DNA from: a virus
Taxonomy: Duplodnaviria > Caudoviricetes
DNA length: 58,063 nt
Virus record (IMG/VR): IMGVR_UViG_3300013094_000055
Location: 1-58,063 of that record
Direction: 5' to 3' (one strand)
The translations under genes were made by a program, and so were the position numbers. The notes beneath the pieces were generated by a model. That model was given only the letters and a program-made list of their open reading frames with translations. It did not search any database and was not told where the DNA came from. Position 1 is the stretch's first letter; each line of letters starts with the position of its first letter. Shown piece by piece: positions 56,196 through 58,063 of the stretch.

Positions 56196-56227
56196 CCTAA
56201 GTGTAACACAAATGTCGATAAATATAT

Positions 56228-56470
56228 TTATCGGCGTGTCATACGACTGTGCAGCTGATCAATAACTGCGTGCAAGGCCTCGGCTCCATTTAACGCTTCA
56301 TCTAAATAAACTTGCTCACGACTCTTCTGATATAGAGATAGGCAGCGCCCTACGTCGTAAATAGCGTTGTCAATCCACATCTCCAACTCACCTGTTGGAA
56401 TCTTGGCAACTCGAGTAGCGACTTTTTGTGAAAAGGGTTTAATCCAGATCTCTTTAGTTTTGCGGAACAT
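56228..56470 (-). CDS. Hypothetical helical protein
   Basis: 80-aa ORF in operon. Confidence 0.65.
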   Translation of the reverse strand: MFRKTKEIWIKPFSQKVATRVAKIPTGELEMWIDNAIYDVGRCLSLYQKSREQVYLDEALNGAEALHAVIDQLHSRMTRR

Positions 56471-56744
56471 TGAGGCCCTTATTATGGTCTACTACCCGTG
56501 ACTTAAGCGCTTTAACTAAGATCTCATCGATCTCATCATCTGTAAGCCATTCTGGATGGTCTACATCTTTAAACAAGATGCCTGCGTAAAAACCGGGCTT
56601 TGTAAAAGGAACCCTAAATACTAAGCAGCGGCCGTGACGATAAGGCATGTCTGTTTCGCGCGTAGTGCCGACCTCTACGATTGGTAGAAAGTTACGGTGG
56701 TAGTACTTAAGCTTTCCTACATATAGTGGTCCGAATGTCTTCAC
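56454..56744 (-). CDS. Hypothetical protein
   Basis: 96-aa ORF; AAGGAG SD. Confidence 0.65.
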   Translation of the reverse strand: MKTFGPLYVGKLKYYHRNFLPIVEVGTTRETDMPYRHGRCLVFRVPFTKPGFYAGILFKDVDHPEWLTDDEIDEILVKALKSRVVDHNKGLNVPQN

Positions 56745-56747
56745 CTG

Positions 56748-57215
56748 CTACTCCTTAAATAAGTCGGCAGCTTTCCAGTTAGTTAGCTTACCTTTTTGAA
56801 TCTTTGACGCAGACGCAGCTGTGTCGCTTATACGGGCAAGTGTACCAGCAGACAGATTTATAAGCTGAGCTGGGCCGTGGGATGAGCATGCGTCCTCTAG
56901 GGTAGGTAGGTAGTCATTGGTTGATGGGCTGTTCTTAAGCCCTAACCAGACGTCAGTAGAAACGTCATTGTATTGGTGCCAGTGGTTTGTTCTAAATACG
57001 ATATAAACCACTTTTGTATTTGGGTTATAAGCAATGGTTAAGGCCCTAGGCCTGGAAGGCTTTTGAGTAGGGGCTGTCCTAGTTTCCGAACCAACATTTG
57101 ATACATCATTTGGGACTTGGATATCAAGTTGCATTTGATCATCAAGGCCCCCATGTACAGCCAAGGACTCCTTGAAGTTCTCCGCCATCTGATCTTTAAG
57201 ACTTTTGCGTGCCAT
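56748..57215 (-). CDS. KTSC-domain-like protein
   Basis: IAYNPNTKVVYIVFR...QYNDVS..VW..L..SPS fits the KTSC pattern. Confidence 0.7.
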   Translation of the reverse strand: MARKSLKDQMAENFKESLAVHGGLDDQMQLDIQVPNDVSNVGSETRTAPTQKPSRPRALTIAYNPNTKVVYIVFRTNHWHQYNDVSTDVWLGLKNSPSTNDYLPTLEDACSSHGPAQLINLSAGTLARISDTAASASKIQKGKLTNWKAADLFKE

Positions 57216-57472
57216 TATTCCTCACAAACGTGGTCGTCAGTCTCAGTTTCTAATACCCTGACTAGGCATTCCGAGCACCTTAAGTAGCGAGGAGGCTTGT
57301 AGTTGTTTTGAGCAGTTCCTCCTAGCGGGATGTCTCCTCCGTACTCAGATGTGTCGTAGTTAGTGACAATCTCAGGCTCGTCAAAAAGCTCTCTAGGGAA
57401 AGGGCCTTTAGGATCCGTTACTGAAGTGGGTAGAGGGTGAACCTGCTTAGCCTGATGCCTAATTATTCTCAT
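57215..57472 (-). CDS. Small Zn-finger-like protein
   Basis: CSEC...HVC at C-terminus. Confidence 0.65.
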   Translation of the reverse strand: MRIIRHQAKQVHPLPTSVTDPKGPFPRELFDEPEIVTNYDTSEYGGDIPLGGTAQNNYKPPRYLRCSECLVRVLETETDDHVCEE

Positions 57473-57746
57473 CTACTGGCGCTTCTGTTGCAGTAGGTGC
57501 AGCCTTTTTCTTAGATACCTTTTTTAACTCTGCTTCTGTTTTATCAATAATCTTCTGCATGTCTTCATCGATTTGCTCTAAAGAACGTTCAACGTTCTTA
57601 TGAACAGTCGTAAGAAGAGGGAAATGACCAGCAATTGCTCGCTCATTTAACCAGTGTGGCAAGCAGTTACCGCAATAGTGGGCGGGGCTTACTCCGGGCT
57701 CTATATGGCTGTATACAGCCTCATTAGAACAGTTATCGCACTTCAT
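57459..57746 (-). CDS. Small Zn-finger protein
   Basis: CDNC...CGNC; AGGAGG SD; extended -10 TGcTATACT upstream. Confidence 0.7.
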   Translation of the reverse strand: MKCDNCSNEAVYSHIEPGVSPAHYCGNCLPHWLNERAIAGHFPLLTTVHKNVERSLEQIDEDMQKIIDKTEAELKKVSKKKAAPTATEAPVDENN

Positions 57747-57776
57747 ATAATCCTCCTAGATACTGCCCCAGTATAG

Positions 57777-57803
57777 CAAAAGAGCGCCCCAAAGGGCGCT
57801 CTT
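57777..57803 (-). terminator. Intrinsic terminator
   Basis: AAGAGCGCCC-TTTG-GGGCGCTCTT then TT. Confidence 0.85.
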
Positions 57804-57816
57804 CTGGTGTGACTAC

Positions 57817-58062
57817 TTACTTAGCTACTGAAGCAGCAGCATCTACGGCAGCCTTAGCGACTACCTTTTGAGCGTCTGCAACAGCAGATGCTGCTACAGT
57901 CTGGAGAGCGGCTGTGGTTGCTGCGTTTAGGTGCTCTTCTTTAGCAAGCTTTGCTACAGCACCGCGTGGGTTAAGCTTTGCAACGACTGGCGCAATTACG
58001 CCAATTAATGCTGCCCATAGTGTGGTGTGGATGTTATGGTGGCCTTCATGCCACAAAACAAC
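57817..58062 (-). CDS. Holin-like membrane protein; 5' end outside the window
   Basis: Frame open to the window edge; hydrophobic LWAALIGVIAPVV followed by LNP. Confidence 0.45.
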   Translation of the reverse strand, partial: VVLWHEGHHNIHTTLWAALIGVIAPVVAKLNPRGAVAKLAKEEHLNAATTAALQTVAASAVADAQKVVAKAAVDAAASVAK

Positions 58063-58063
58063 C

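Noticed and set aside
1-58063. Alternative genetic code, inteins, introns or tRNAs
   Set aside because: Long genes are intact under code 11 with all three stops used; terminase and DnaB have normal lengths; no cloverleaf seen in the short intergenic gaps (by eye only).

Overview
A 58-kb internal segment of a contractile-tailed (myovirus-type) dsDNA phage; essentially all real genes are on the minus strand. Gene order and proteins resemble large actinobacterial myoviruses (N4-gp56-family major capsid protein, SPP1-type portal, leaderless TANNNT promoters); host and lineage are inferences. In transcription order (right to left): holin-like gene (cut off) and small genes, terminase, portal, scaffold, major capsid protein and head-tail adaptor; a ~21-kb island (27.6-48.2 kb) of collagen-like, Gly-rich, FN3 and propeller fibre genes with two glycosyltransferases and an HNH-like gene; head closure, Lys-rich mini-proteins, sheath, tube, tail chaperone, tape measure and baseplate; then a replication module (initiator, DnaC-like loader, DnaB, primase, dNMP kinase, SNF2 helicase, RHH and MerR-type regulators, SSB, family A polymerase cut off at the left edge). 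The best candidates for novelty are (1) a modular, apparently branched neck-fibre system built from paralogous adaptor and docking modules, with its own collagen O-glycosylation enzymes; (2) a candidate +1 frameshift at UUU_CGU in the tail chaperone; (3) a candidate ~60-nt CU-rich sRNA upstream of terminase that shares a 14-bp promoter motif with the portal gene; (4) Shine-Dalgarno-occluding hairpins cut by internal promoters. No tRNA, CRISPR array, integrase, intein or reverse transcriptase was recognised. All family assignments are by-eye motif recognition, not database results.
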